Shown here piece by piece: positions 35,037 to 44,663 of a stretch of 64,000 bases of DNA. Source of the DNA: Oscillospiraceae bacterium (GTDB lineage: Bacteria; Bacillota; Clostridia; UMGS1883); assembly GCA_015068735.1 (NCBI GenBank), contig SVJW01000008.1, forward strand, positions 259-64,258, in the 5' to 3' direction. The notes beneath the pieces are model-generated. The model was not told the DNA's origin. It did not search any database and worked only from the letters and a program-made list of their open reading frames with translations. Numbering within the stretch: the stretch's first letter is position 1; each line of letters starts with the position of its first letter. The translations under genes were made by a program, and so were the position numbers.

Positions 35037-36122
35037 TTATATATATTTTTCAACAATTTTTGCCATATCAGGAAGCTTTTTCTCGATATCGCGGACAAGT
35101 GCAAACTGGTTTCTTGCACGGTCAAGGTTATGATTGTCACGATGAATCTTGAAATAAGTATCCCCGTTAATATGGTCGGCAAGAAATCTTATACCGCACT
35201 CATAAGTCATAAGGAGTGCAGAAAGAGGAAGAAGTTCTATTTCTTTCTTTGTAAGGCAATCTCCTACTTCAGCCAGGAAACCTTTTGCAAAAGCATCAAA
35301 CTTAGTAAGGTCAAAATAGATTTTTTCCATATCGATTTCATCTTCTACGCAGGAAGACGCACCAAAACGGAGAGCATCGCCAAAGTCGTAAAGAACTGAA
35401 CCGGGCATCACTGTGTCAAGGTCTATTACACAAACGCCTTCATCGGTTACATCGTCAAAAAGAACGTTGTTAAGCTTTGTATCATTATGGGTTACACGAA
35501 GAAGAACATCGCCTTTTTCCATTGCTTCAGTAATTTCTGCAGCGTATTTACTGTACTCAAGAGCGAAATCCACTTCTTCCTTAACACTGTCAAGTTTTCC
35601 GGAGGCATTGCCTGCCATAGCATCACGAAGTTGCTGAACACGAACAGGTGTGTTGTGGAAATCTATAATTGTTTCGTGAAGCTTTTCTGCCGGGAAATCG
35701 CTGAGCATACGCTGAAATCTTCCGAACGCCTGACCTGCATATGTAAGAATTTCGGGTCTTTCAGCAAGATCATAGCTTACTGTTCTTTCAACAAACTTAT
35801 ACATACGGAAGCAGTCACCGTCAGGAGCTTTGTAATATATATCACCGGCTTTTGTCGGGATAACATTCAAAGTTTCACGGTCTGCATCTCCGCCAATTTC
35901 TTTAATCTTTGCTCTGACATGTCTTGTAACGTTATATATATTCTCCATTACGGCATCGGGGTCTTTGAAAACTTTTGTGTTTATTCTCTGAAGAATAAAC
36001 TTTGGAGAAGTTTCACAAAGATATGTATCATTTATATGACCGTTACCATAAACTTCTATATTAGTATCAATATTGAATTTGGAAAGAATATCTTTTAAGC
36101 TGTACTGTGAATTAGATTCCAT
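35037..36122 (-). CDS. APH-fold sugar anomeric kinase (NahK/AmgK-like phosphotransferase)
   Basis: The N-terminus matches N-acetylhexosamine-1-kinase-like proteins (YGNGHINDTYL...FILQRIN..VF). Motifs HNDTKLNNVLFD and IDLDT are present. The start MESNS follows a GGAGGGA SD. Confidence 0.7.
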   Translation of the reverse strand: MESNSQYSLKDILSKFNIDTNIEVYGNGHINDTYLCETSPKFILQRINTKVFKDPDAVMENIYNVTRHVRAKIKEIGGDADRETLNVIPTKAGDIYYKAPDGDCFRMYKFVERTVSYDLAERPEILTYAGQAFGRFQRMLSDFPAEKLHETIIDFHNTPVRVQQLRDAMAGNASGKLDSVKEEVDFALEYSKYAAEITEAMEKGDVLLRVTHNDTKLNNVLFDDVTDEGVCVIDLDTVMPGSVLYDFGDALRFGASSCVEDEIDMEKIYFDLTKFDAFAKGFLAEVGDCLTKKEIELLPLSALLMTYECGIRFLADHINGDTYFKIHRDNHNLDRARNQFALVRDIEKKLPDMAKIVEKYI

Positions 36123-36960
36123 CGTACAATCCCTCCGCAAATAATTTTTTAATTGCATTCACAACTGATTCTTTGTCTTCTCTGTATGTAACACCGTACC
36201 ATTTTTCATCGGTATCAAGAACAACTATTTTCTCGTCGAAAACTTTTATGGAACGGTCCACAACGAGAGGAATATAGAATTCATCCTTTGCGGGGTTTGT
36301 CATATTTTCAAGGAACAAAACAAAATCCTCTTCAATACGCTTGAATATAGAAGGACGGAATCCCCACATATTCATAGAAACTGTTGTATCAAGCGGAACA
36401 CCGCTGTTTTTATCTATTGCAGTATGCTCTGTAATACCTTTTAAAAGGCCGTCGCTAACTTCACATACGCCACGGGCAACAGTTCCGTTCTCGGTAAGTG
36501 TATTTCCGAGTTTATACCCTACCATGCAGGTATTGTCTGAGCTTATAAGCTCTTCGTAAATTGTTTTAAATGCGCCGGGACCGTAATAGTCATCCGCATT
36601 GATTACTGCAAAAGGAGTATCTACAACATCCTTACAACAGAACACTGCATGAGCAGTCCCCCAAGGCTTTGTTCTGCCGTCCGGAACAGAAAATCCCTCC
36701 GGAATGTTTTCCATTTCCTGAATTACATACTCTGTTTTTACTTTCTTTTCTATTCTGTTTCCTACAAGTTCTTTAAAATCCTGTTCAATATCTTTTCTTA
36801 TAATGAAAACAACCTTGTTAAATCCCGCTTTTATTGCATCATAAACTGAGAAATCAAGGATTACTTCTCCTCCGGGGCCGATGGGTTCAAGCTGCTTGAG
36901 ACCGCCGAAACGACTTCCCATACCTGCTGCCATTACAATAAGTGTAGCGTCTTTGCTCAT
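36112..36960 (-). CDS. sugar-1-phosphate nucleotidyltransferase
   Basis: The NTP-transferase loop is LIVMAAGMGSRFGG.KQL. Its 3' end overlaps the kinase start by 11 nt. Confidence 0.8.
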   Translation of the reverse strand: MSKDATLIVMAAGMGSRFGGLKQLEPIGPGGEVILDFSVYDAIKAGFNKVVFIIRKDIEQDFKELVGNRIEKKVKTEYVIQEMENIPEGFSVPDGRTKPWGTAHAVFCCKDVVDTPFAVINADDYYGPGAFKTIYEELISSDNTCMVGYKLGNTLTENGTVARGVCEVSDGLLKGITEHTAIDKNSGVPLDTTVSMNMWGFRPSIFKRIEEDFVLFLENMTNPAKDEFYIPLVVDRSIKVFDEKIVVLDTDEKWYGVTYREDKESVVNAIKKLFAEGLYDGI

Positions 36961-37111
36961 AATTAGCACCACTTTCCGTAAAATTTTCTCATACGTTACT
37001 AAGTATACTATATTACGTCTGTTTTGTATTTGCACAAAAACAAAATTATTTTACATTATTGGATTGATTATCCGTTAAATTTATGCTATATTATTATTGG
37101 TGGTGGTATAT

Positions 37112-37993
37112 ATGGCAAACTATATCGGAACAAAATTAAGAAACGATTTTACCGTAGGAAAGCTTTATAGTGTTCATTATTTTGAATATCCCACAAATTT
37201 TGTTTTTGACGGAGAAAAGCATGATTTCTGGGAAGTCGTATATGTTGACAAAGGAGATATTTCAGTCATTGCGGATGACAGACAATTTTGTGTTACTCAA
37301 GGAAACGCGGTATTTCATAAGCCAAATGAGTGGCACACACTTCAGACCTCGTCAGAAAGTGCAACCAACGTAGTAATAATATCCTTTGAAATATCCTCTT
37401 CCCTGATGGAATTTTTCAACGAAAAAGTTCTCAGTGTAGGTCAGGAACAGAAAATAATATTTTCCAAGGTAATTTCCGAATATACAAATGCATTTCAAAC
37501 ACATTCAAACACACCGTATTCAACCAGACTTCACAGGAAAAAAAATCCTGTTGTAGGCTCGGAACAGCTCATTAAACAGTATATTGCTGAACTTTTAATT
37601 TCGTTCATCCGCTATGGAGAACCGTCCCTACAGCGTTCGCAAATGAGTATCAACAGAGAAAGTGCTCTGTGCAATATGATAGTCAATTATATGCTTGATC
37701 ATATATCAGGGAACATAACAATAGATGAGCTTGTGCGTTATAGCGGTTCTAATAAAACCACAATCGCAAAAGTGTTCAGAAACAGCTTCAATATGAGTAT
37801 CATGGAATACTTTATAAATATAAAAGTAGATGCAGCAAAAAAGTATCTGCGAGAAGACAACTATAATATTTCCCAGATTTCTGATCTGTTGGGCTACTCA
37901 GGAATACACTATTTTTCAAGGCAGTTCAAAAAAGTCACAGGAATGAGTCCTACAGAATACTCAGCTTCAATACAGGCAATGATAACAAAATAA
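37112..37993 (+). CDS. AraC family transcriptional regulator
   Basis: A cupin-like N-terminus and the C-terminal HTH IMEYFINIKVDAAKKYL...LGYSGIHYFSRQFKKVTGMSPTEY. Confidence 0.85.
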   Translation: MANYIGTKLRNDFTVGKLYSVHYFEYPTNFVFDGEKHDFWEVVYVDKGDISVIADDRQFCVTQGNAVFHKPNEWHTLQTSSESATNVVIISFEISSSLMEFFNEKVLSVGQEQKIIFSKVISEYTNAFQTHSNTPYSTRLHRKKNPVVGSEQLIKQYIAELLISFIRYGEPSLQRSQMSINRESALCNMIVNYMLDHISGNITIDELVRYSGSNKTTIAKVFRNSFNMSIMEYFINIKVDAAKKYLREDNYNISQISDLLGYSGIHYFSRQFKKVTGMSPTEYSASIQAMITK

Positions 37994-38026
37994 AAAGGAG
38001 GGTTAACCCTCCTTTTTATTTTGTTA
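37981..38026. terminator. perfect 46-bp palindrome, a bidirectional terminator spanning both stop codons
   Basis: ataacaaaataaaaaggagggtt | aaccctcctttttattttgttat. The last codons of the AraC gene (ITK*) and of the PBP gene (ITK*) are encoded by the two arms. Confidence 0.8.
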
Positions 38027-39425
38027 TCAAACCTTTTTTAAGCGCATAATTAAAGATTTTACCTGCAATAGGTGCACACACGCTGCCACCGCCTTTACCG
38101 GAATACTCTTTCATTACACAAACCACAACCTGAGGATTGTCTGCAGGTGCAAAGCCTATAAACCAGGCATGGGTTTTTCCCTCACGCTCGTTTTCCGCAG
38201 TACCGGTCTTTCCTGCAACATCTATTCCCGAAACTCTTGCAGCCGTTCCTGTTCCTGATTTAACACATTCCACCATATACTCTTTTATAAGATTTGCTGT
38301 TCTCTTATCGGTAGCCGATGACAATGCTTCCCTGTCCGCTGTGTAAATAACACCACCATTGTCGTAAAAAACTTCTTCCACCATATAGGGTTTCATTATA
38401 ACGCCATCATTTGCTATTGCGCAGGTTGCTACTGCCATGTTGAAAGGACTTACTGCAAGTTTTCCCTGTCCGATAGCTACAGAAGCAAGTTGAGCAGAAT
38501 CACATTCTCCGAAATCAAGTCCTGTTGCTTTTGTACTGATGTCAAAAGGTACTTTTTTGGTTATATAGAATTTGCTTGCGGCTGACCCAAGAGATCTGTT
38601 GCCGATTTTTTGAGATAATTCGGTGAAATAAACATTGCTGGATTTTGCAATTGCTGTTTTCATTCCGATTTCGCCCATAGGCTTTTCTCCGGCGTTCTTA
38701 AAATATTTACCTCCGACATTTGTTATTCCTTTGTCATCGGTCATAAAATCTTCATATCCTTTTTCTATCGCGGCAGTTGCCGTAATAACCTTAAAAGTCG
38801 ATCCCGGTGCATATTGCCCTTGAGTAGCTCTGAAAAAGAAAGGCGAGTCGGTGCGTTCAGTAAGGCTGTCCCAATTTTTTATAAGAGCACTTTCATTAGG
38901 ATCAAAGGACGGATTTGAGTAAAGGCAATACACTTCCCCTGTTTTTGGGTTAATTACAACTACACTTCCATTGTCATTTCCCAGAGCATTCGCTGCAAGT
39001 TCCGTCATTGAGTTATCCAATGTCAGGGTCAGGTTTGCTCCGTTTTGAAATCCTTCTTTGTCATTTTTAAAAATACTGATTTTTTCTTTTGTGTCCAGCA
39101 GATAATTGTTATACTCAAGCTCTATGTTTGTTTTTCCGTAATTACGGCTGTTATATCCAATAGTATGTGCATAAAGCTTGCCGTATGGATATATTCTTGT
39201 CTGGCTGTTGCCTGTCTGCTCACTTTTAGCCAATACTGTTCCGGTTCTGTCGTATATTTCTCCGCGCAAAACATCGGTTTCTTTTTCCCATACTCTGGGA
39301 TTATAGCTTGACTTTATAATTTCCGGAGCTTTAAAAATAATAAAATGGGTAAGATAAACGACAAGTATTAAAAAGAGAGCTAAAACGACTGTCATAACCG
39401 CTATAATGCGCCTATTCAATTTCAT
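38016..39425 (-). CDS. class B penicillin-binding protein (PBP2/PbpA-type transpeptidase)
   Basis: An N-terminal TM segment and the motifs STFK, SSN and KTGT. Confidence 0.9.
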   Translation of the reverse strand: MKLNRRIIAVMTVVLALFLILVVYLTHFIIFKAPEIIKSSYNPRVWEKETDVLRGEIYDRTGTVLAKSEQTGNSQTRIYPYGKLYAHTIGYNSRNYGKTNIELEYNNYLLDTKEKISIFKNDKEGFQNGANLTLTLDNSMTELAANALGNDNGSVVVINPKTGEVYCLYSNPSFDPNESALIKNWDSLTERTDSPFFFRATQGQYAPGSTFKVITATAAIEKGYEDFMTDDKGITNVGGKYFKNAGEKPMGEIGMKTAIAKSSNVYFTELSQKIGNRSLGSAASKFYITKKVPFDISTKATGLDFGECDSAQLASVAIGQGKLAVSPFNMAVATCAIANDGVIMKPYMVEEVFYDNGGVIYTADREALSSATDKRTANLIKEYMVECVKSGTGTAARVSGIDVAGKTGTAENEREGKTHAWFIGFAPADNPQVVVCVMKEYSGKGGGSVCAPIAGKIFNYALKKGLITK

Positions 39426-40692
39426 CAGTAACCTCTCCTTTCACACTGCTGATTGCCTGAAGAATCCCCATGACAATAAACGTCGTAAGCATGCTGCTTC
39501 CGCCGTAGCTGATAAAAGGAAGAGTTATTCCCGTAAGCGGAATAAGCTTTATAACTCCCCCGACAATAATAAAAGTCTGTACGCCAAGCATAACACTCAT
39601 TCCCACGGCTACAGCTTTGTTAAAGGCATTAGTACAACTGAGAGCAATTTTAAAGCCGCGGTATACAAGCAAAAAGTAAAGCATAATAACAGCTACGCCG
39701 CCTAAAACACCCATTTCTTCACAAATTGCTGAAAAGATAAAGTCGCTTGATACAACGGGGATGAAATACGGACTTCCCGTACCTATTCCGCGACCTGCAA
39801 AGCCGCCTTCCCCTATTGCAAAAAGGGATTGTGCAATCTGATAACCTTTTCCCGATATATCTGCAAAAGGATCCATCCATGCTTCCACTCGTACCTGAAT
39901 ATGGCTCATATACTTAACGCCGACATACGCAGCAAGTATAACCAATAATAAATTTGCGCCAAGAAAAACCTTACTGTCTCCGTAAATATACACATATGAA
40001 ATATATATTGCAAAAAAGAGCAGAGCTATACCCCATTCTCTCTGCATAAACAGACACATTGCATTGGAAAAAGCCATCAAAACAGCAACAGCAAGTCTTG
40101 TATGCTTAAGTTTCTTTGCTTCTTGTTTAGCTATGCTTGTCTTTATTACCCGCGAAGATGATTTACGGGCATTTGTAAATATGGCTGCCATTGCAAGAAC
40201 AAAAAGAATTCTGATAAATTCACTGGGCTGAATTGACAGACTACCAATCATAATCCAGTTTTTTGAACCGTTATGCACAGTACCTATAAGCGCAGTTATT
40301 ACAAAAAGTGCAATTGAAACGCCCCAGTAAATCAAAGTGTAACGGTTAAGTCTTTTATGAAACTTTCTGTACATAAAAAGTGTTCCAAAGAAGCATATAA
40401 CCCCTGCCAGATACAGCACCATTTGTCTGATTCCGTTATCGGGATTTATCCTTGTCTGCATAATAATACCCAACGAACAAAGCATTGATATTATAATAAA
40501 GAGATACGAATCACCTAAGTCACGAACAGTTATTACAACATATGTTACCAAACTGATAATGCAAACCACACCACAGAGTATCCCAATACGTTCTGCAGCA
40601 AGTTCACCATTTGAAATAACAAGAAGCATCCCCAAAGCATTAAGCAGAAGGAGAAGCAACAACGGTTTTATATTATGAAATACTTTTTGCAT
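39412..40692 (-). CDS. FtsW/RodA/SpoVE (SEDS) family peptidoglycan polymerase
   Basis: About 10 TM segments. The conserved C-terminal motif is LPLTGITLPFISYGGSS. It overlaps the PBP start by 14 nt. Confidence 0.9.
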   Translation of the reverse strand: MQKVFHNIKPLLLLLLLNALGMLLVISNGELAAERIGILCGVVCIISLVTYVVITVRDLGDSYLFIIISMLCSLGIIMQTRINPDNGIRQMVLYLAGVICFFGTLFMYRKFHKRLNRYTLIYWGVSIALFVITALIGTVHNGSKNWIMIGSLSIQPSEFIRILFVLAMAAIFTNARKSSSRVIKTSIAKQEAKKLKHTRLAVAVLMAFSNAMCLFMQREWGIALLFFAIYISYVYIYGDSKVFLGANLLLVILAAYVGVKYMSHIQVRVEAWMDPFADISGKGYQIAQSLFAIGEGGFAGRGIGTGSPYFIPVVSSDFIFSAICEEMGVLGGVAVIMLYFLLVYRGFKIALSCTNAFNKAVAVGMSVMLGVQTFIIVGGVIKLIPLTGITLPFISYGGSSMLTTFIVMGILQAISSVKGEVTDEIE

Positions 40693-40707
40693 ACAAAGCC
40701 CCTCTGT

Positions 40708-41157
40708 TTAAGCATTTTTCGGCGGAAGCACAAAAAGGAAATGCACTCTGCCGATAGAAATTTTATCTCCGTCAAGAAGTTCCACTGCCGAGTTTCCGAG
40801 AGGTTTTCCGTTAAGATAGGTTCCGTTTGTACTTTCAAGATCTTCAAGATAAAACTTGCCTGACACTTTAAAAATGCGGCTGTTCTTTGCAGACATATAT
40901 TTATCACCGATGCTGATATCGCATTTTTTTCCTCTGCCTATAACTTCATTTTCAGAAACTTCGTAACTTTCATCCACATAAAAATCCATTTCGTGTCTTA
41001 GGTTTATAAGCTTTAAATAAGCATCTGCCAGACCGCCTGTTTTTTTCCTGTACATCATACGAATGTCCATGAAAATCATTCTTATAATAACATAAACAAA
41101 CAAATAAATTATGAATACAAAGACATACGTCAGTATTTTTGAAAATTCAACCGACAT
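40708..41157 (-). CDS. membrane-anchored FHA domain protein (FhaB/FipA-like)
   Basis: An N-terminal TM segment and the FHA core IGRGKKCDI...SAKNSRIF...YLEDLESTNGTYLNG. Confidence 0.85.
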   Translation of the reverse strand: MSVEFSKILTYVFVFIIYLFVYVIIRMIFMDIRMMYRKKTGGLADAYLKLINLRHEMDFYVDESYEVSENEVIGRGKKCDISIGDKYMSAKNSRIFKVSGKFYLEDLESTNGTYLNGKPLGNSAVELLDGDKISIGRVHFLFVLPPKNA

Positions 41158-41178
41158 AAACTATTCCTCCTTGAATAT

Positions 41179-42435
41179 TCATTCTTTCTTGAGCCATACA
41201 GGTGCCTCAGTATCTTCATCGATATGATCTATCTTCTGGTAAGTTTCGGATGAATAATCTATCCCCTTTTTCCTCAGCAGGTAGTGACATCCGTCTTTTA
41301 CCAGAGTATATATTACAGCAAACACGGGAACAGCGCAAATCATTCCCCATACACCGAACAGACCGCTTCCGACCAGAATGGAAAATATTACCCAGAAACT
41401 TGAAATGCCTGTCGTTGTACCCAGAATTTTCGGTCCGAGAATGTTTCCGTCAAACTGTTGAAGAATTAACGCAATTAAAAGGAATGTAAGACATTGCAGC
41501 GGATCTACCAGCAGGATAAGAACTCCTCCGGCTGCTGCACCGACAAATGGTCCAAAGAATGGTATTACATTTGTAACTCCTACTATAACGCTTACCAACG
41601 CAGCATATGGCATGTTCACAACGGTAAGGATAAGGAAGCACAAGACACCTATTATCATAGAGTCAAATGTTTTTCCTATGATGAAGCTTCCGAATTTTTC
41701 GTGTGTAAGTCGCCAGAAAGCTATGACATTATTAGCTTTTTTATACGACATGGTACTGTAGAAAATTCTCTTGAACTGTGCCGTGAATTTTTCTTTATCC
41801 TTAAGAACGTATACTGATACAATAATTCCCACAACCAGATTAAGCACAACTGTCAATACGGCAGAAACGCTGTTTGTAAGACGTGTCAGCAATACATTGA
41901 CATTGGGAAGCCATTCCTGCACACTTTCTAAAATGGATGAAGTGTCCGTACTGAAATTATTTTTCAGATTTTCAAAAAAGTTTGCTATAGAAGGATTTTT
42001 TTCCATTATTTCATTAAATTCTTCCATTATGTTTTCGCTGTATTGAGGAACTGATCTGATAAAAGACTCTACACTTTCATATATTTCAGGGAATATAAGA
42101 GCAACAAGTGCTACTATAAAAGCCAGAGCTAAAAGCCATGCAACAAAAATGGATAATCCGCGTGCAAACTTCTTTGCGCGTTCAGGATCTTTGCTGAACA
42201 CTTTTTTCATTGCAGGAAGCATCATCCGGCATTCAATGATATTCATCAAAGGATTAAGCAAATAAGCCAGAACCAGTCCATAAATAATAGGTTCAAGACT
42301 ATCTATAAAAAGAGATATAACTCCCCACACGCTACTCCATCTGTCAAGAATCATATAAAACAGTATGGAGGCTGCAATTGTCAAAAATGCTGTTATCGCC
42401 AATTTTTTGTATTTATCCTCCCACGGAAATTTCAT
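41179..42435 (-). CDS. AI-2E family transporter (PerM/YhhT-like permease)
   Basis: 418 aa with 8 TM segments. The motif is NVIPFFGPFVGAAAGG...LQQFDGNILGPKILG. Confidence 0.85.
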   Translation of the reverse strand: MKFPWEDKYKKLAITAFLTIAASILFYMILDRWSSVWGVISLFIDSLEPIIYGLVLAYLLNPLMNIIECRMMLPAMKKVFSKDPERAKKFARGLSIFVAWLLALAFIVALVALIFPEIYESVESFIRSVPQYSENIMEEFNEIMEKNPSIANFFENLKNNFSTDTSSILESVQEWLPNVNVLLTRLTNSVSAVLTVVLNLVVGIIVSVYVLKDKEKFTAQFKRIFYSTMSYKKANNVIAFWRLTHEKFGSFIIGKTFDSMIIGVLCFLILTVVNMPYAALVSVIVGVTNVIPFFGPFVGAAAGGVLILLVDPLQCLTFLLIALILQQFDGNILGPKILGTTTGISSFWVIFSILVGSGLFGVWGMICAVPVFAVIYTLVKDGCHYLLRKKGIDYSSETYQKIDHIDEDTEAPVWLKKE

Positions 42436-42612
42436 ATGTAATCAGTACCTTTCTGTTTTGTGAGCAAAAAATAATACTCCTGTGTATACTATACCTTTTT
42501 TTGAATGTAATTACAAGGAAAATGGCAAATTTGTAATTAAAATGTCATTTAAGAAAAATACGGCAATTTATTTTTATTCACACAAAATTAAGTTTTTTAG
42601 GCAGTACATCTA

Positions 42613-42641
42613 TTGAAATAATTATTTCCCTATGTTATAAT
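42613..42641 (+). promoter_or_regulatory. sigma-A type promoter of the DUF1385-prmC operon
   Basis: TTGAAA (42613-42618), a 17-nt spacer, then TATAAT (42636-42641). Confidence 0.55.
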
Positions 42642-42673
42642 TATTTTATGTGTGTATGAAAGGAGTGACTGAT

Positions 42674-43606
42674 ATGGAGAAAAAGGAGCATATGACCTCT
42701 ATCGGTGGCAGTGCCGTAATGGAAGGCGTTATGATGCGCGGTCCGAAAGAAATTGCAACTGCAGTAAGAAAACCTGACGGTGAAATTGAAATCGACAAAC
42801 GCGCCGTAAGTAGCCTTGTTACAAAATATCATGTAAATAAAATCCCGATTATAAGAGGTGTTTTTGCCTTTTTTGATTCTATGATTTCCAGCATTCGTGC
42901 ACTTATGTGGAGTGCAGAATTTGTTGATCTGGAGGATGACAGTGAATCCAAATTTGATAAGTGGCTTACAAGAAAATTCGGTGATAAAGTAAAAGATATT
43001 GTAATTTATTTCTCACTTATCATATCTGTTATTTTTTCTGTAAGTTTGTTTTTTGTTTTACCTCATTTTATAACAACTCTTTTGGATGATTTAATCAAAA
43101 ACAACCTGATTCTGACGCTTATTGAGGGTGTTGTAAGAATCAGTATTTTCCTTGGCTATGTGCTTTTAGCATCCCGAATGGAAGATATAAAAAGGGTTTT
43201 CCAGTACCACGGCGCAGAGCATAAGACAATATTCTGCTACGAGGCAGGACTTGACCTTACAGTAGAAAATGCACGCAGTATGTCAAGACTTCATCCTCGT
43301 TGTGGTACAAGCTTTCTCGTATATGTAATGATAATAAGCATTATCTTATTCTCCTTTGTTTCCTGGGGAAATATGTGGATAAGACTTGGGCTTAAACTTC
43401 TTCTCCTGCCTGTTGTAGCAGGTATCAGCTATGAAATCATCCGTTGGGCAGGGAAAAGCAAAAACAAAGTGGTTTGTGTGATAAGCCGTCCAGGTATGTG
43501 GCTTCAGAAAATCACTACAAGAGAGCCTGACGACAGTCAGCTTGAAGTTGCCATCGTATCAATGAAAGCCGTACTGACAGACAACAAAGATGATGACAAA
43601 TGGTAA
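42674..43606 (+). CDS. DUF1385 (YqhQ-like) membrane protein
   Basis: Motifs IGGSAVMEGVMMRG, YHGAEHK and HPRCGTSF. ATG 42674 follows an AAAGGAG SD. The linkage to prmC is classic. Confidence 0.85.
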   Translation: MEKKEHMTSIGGSAVMEGVMMRGPKEIATAVRKPDGEIEIDKRAVSSLVTKYHVNKIPIIRGVFAFFDSMISSIRALMWSAEFVDLEDDSESKFDKWLTRKFGDKVKDIVIYFSLIISVIFSVSLFFVLPHFITTLLDDLIKNNLILTLIEGVVRISIFLGYVLLASRMEDIKRVFQYHGAEHKTIFCYEAGLDLTVENARSMSRLHPRCGTSFLVYVMIISIILFSFVSWGNMWIRLGLKLLLLPVVAGISYEIIRWAGKSKNKVVCVISRPGMWLQKITTREPDDSQLEVAIVSMKAVLTDNKDDDKW

Positions 43607-44409
43607 GAGATTTGTTGAAAGATGCAGCACAAAAACTCTCCGGATGTGAATCTCCAATGCTCGATGCCCGCGTTTTGCTGGCTGCTGCAATGGGCAAAAA
43701 AGATGCGGCACTGATTTTTGATATGCCTGATAACGCTCAGCTTTCCTTATTTAACAAGTATATTGAAAAGAGAGCTGAGGGAATTCCTGTGGCTTATATA
43801 TTAGGCGAAAAGGAATTTATGGGGCTTACTTTTCATCTTAATTCCGACACGCTTATTCCACGCCCCGATACAGAATGTCTTGTGGAAAAAGTGATTGAAA
43901 AAAATGGGTTTTCTGCTCCCAAAATTCTTGACCTTTGCACGGGAAGCGGTTGCATTGGAATATCACTTGTCCACTTTATAAAAAATGCTTCCTGCGACCT
44001 TACTGACATTTCCGAGGGTGCTATGAAAATGGCAAAGGAAAATGCCTATTCAAACGGTGTTTCGGACAGATGTAAAGTTTTTAGGCTTGACATACTTTTC
44101 GACAAAATTCTGAAAGGATACGACATAATAGTATCTAACCCGCCTTATATCGAAAGCGATGTTGTAAAGACGTTAGAAGTAAGCCGTTACGAGCCCGAAA
44201 GAGCACTTGACGGAGGATTCGACGGGCTTGACTTTTACAGAATTATTGCAAAAAAGGCATACAATGCACTTGAAAAAGGCGGTATACTGGCTCTTGAAAT
44301 CGGCTACAATCAAGGCGAAAGTGTAAAAGCTTTACTGAAAGATTTCAGCGATGTCCAAGTTTATAAGGACTATGGAAATAACGACAGAGTAATAATCGGA
44401 ATAAAATAA
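43600..44409 (+). CDS. prmC: peptide chain release factor N5-glutamine methyltransferase
   Basis: Motifs LIPRPDTE, DLCTGSGCIG and VSNPPYI. The start overlaps the upstream stop in the sequence ATGGTAA. Confidence 0.92.
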   Translation: MVRDLLKDAAQKLSGCESPMLDARVLLAAAMGKKDAALIFDMPDNAQLSLFNKYIEKRAEGIPVAYILGEKEFMGLTFHLNSDTLIPRPDTECLVEKVIEKNGFSAPKILDLCTGSGCIGISLVHFIKNASCDLTDISEGAMKMAKENAYSNGVSDRCKVFRLDILFDKILKGYDIIVSNPPYIESDVVKTLEVSRYEPERALDGGFDGLDFYRIIAKKAYNALEKGGILALEIGYNQGESVKALLKDFSDVQVYKDYGNNDRVIIGIK

Positions 44410-44435
44410 AAAGAAGCTTCATCGAAGCTTCTTTT
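44409..44435. terminator. bidirectional intrinsic terminator
   Basis: aaaagaagcttc, loop atc, then gaagcttctttt. Confidence 0.75.
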
Positions 44436-44625
44436 CTTTTTCATTGGGGACTTTTGGAATGACGTATATATCGTTGTAGCTTTCCGCCTCATACTCATCC
44501 TCGGGCGGTGCATACATAAGTCCTGTACATTCCGTAGCCGATGCAACAGAATTTCTGTCGCTTAAAACATCGTAATCGATTTCCTCTTCCTCATAGTTTT
44601 TCCGAGGATCGCTTTGATACTTCAT
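44419..44625 (-). CDS. hypothetical acidic 68-aa protein
   Basis: An ORF with an AGGGGTGA SD. Its 3' end lies in the terminator arm. No homology is recognised, so the coding status is uncertain. Confidence 0.4.
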   Translation of the reverse strand: MKYQSDPRKNYEEEEIDYDVLSDRNSVASATECTGLMYAPPEDEYEAESYNDIYVIPKVPNEKEKKLR

Positions 44626-44663
44626 ACAATCACCCCTGTTAGTATATATTATGGGTGATTATT

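Noticed and set aside
35487-36098. 203-aa plus-strand ORF
   Set aside because: It is antisense to the sugar kinase gene and has no SD or motif support.
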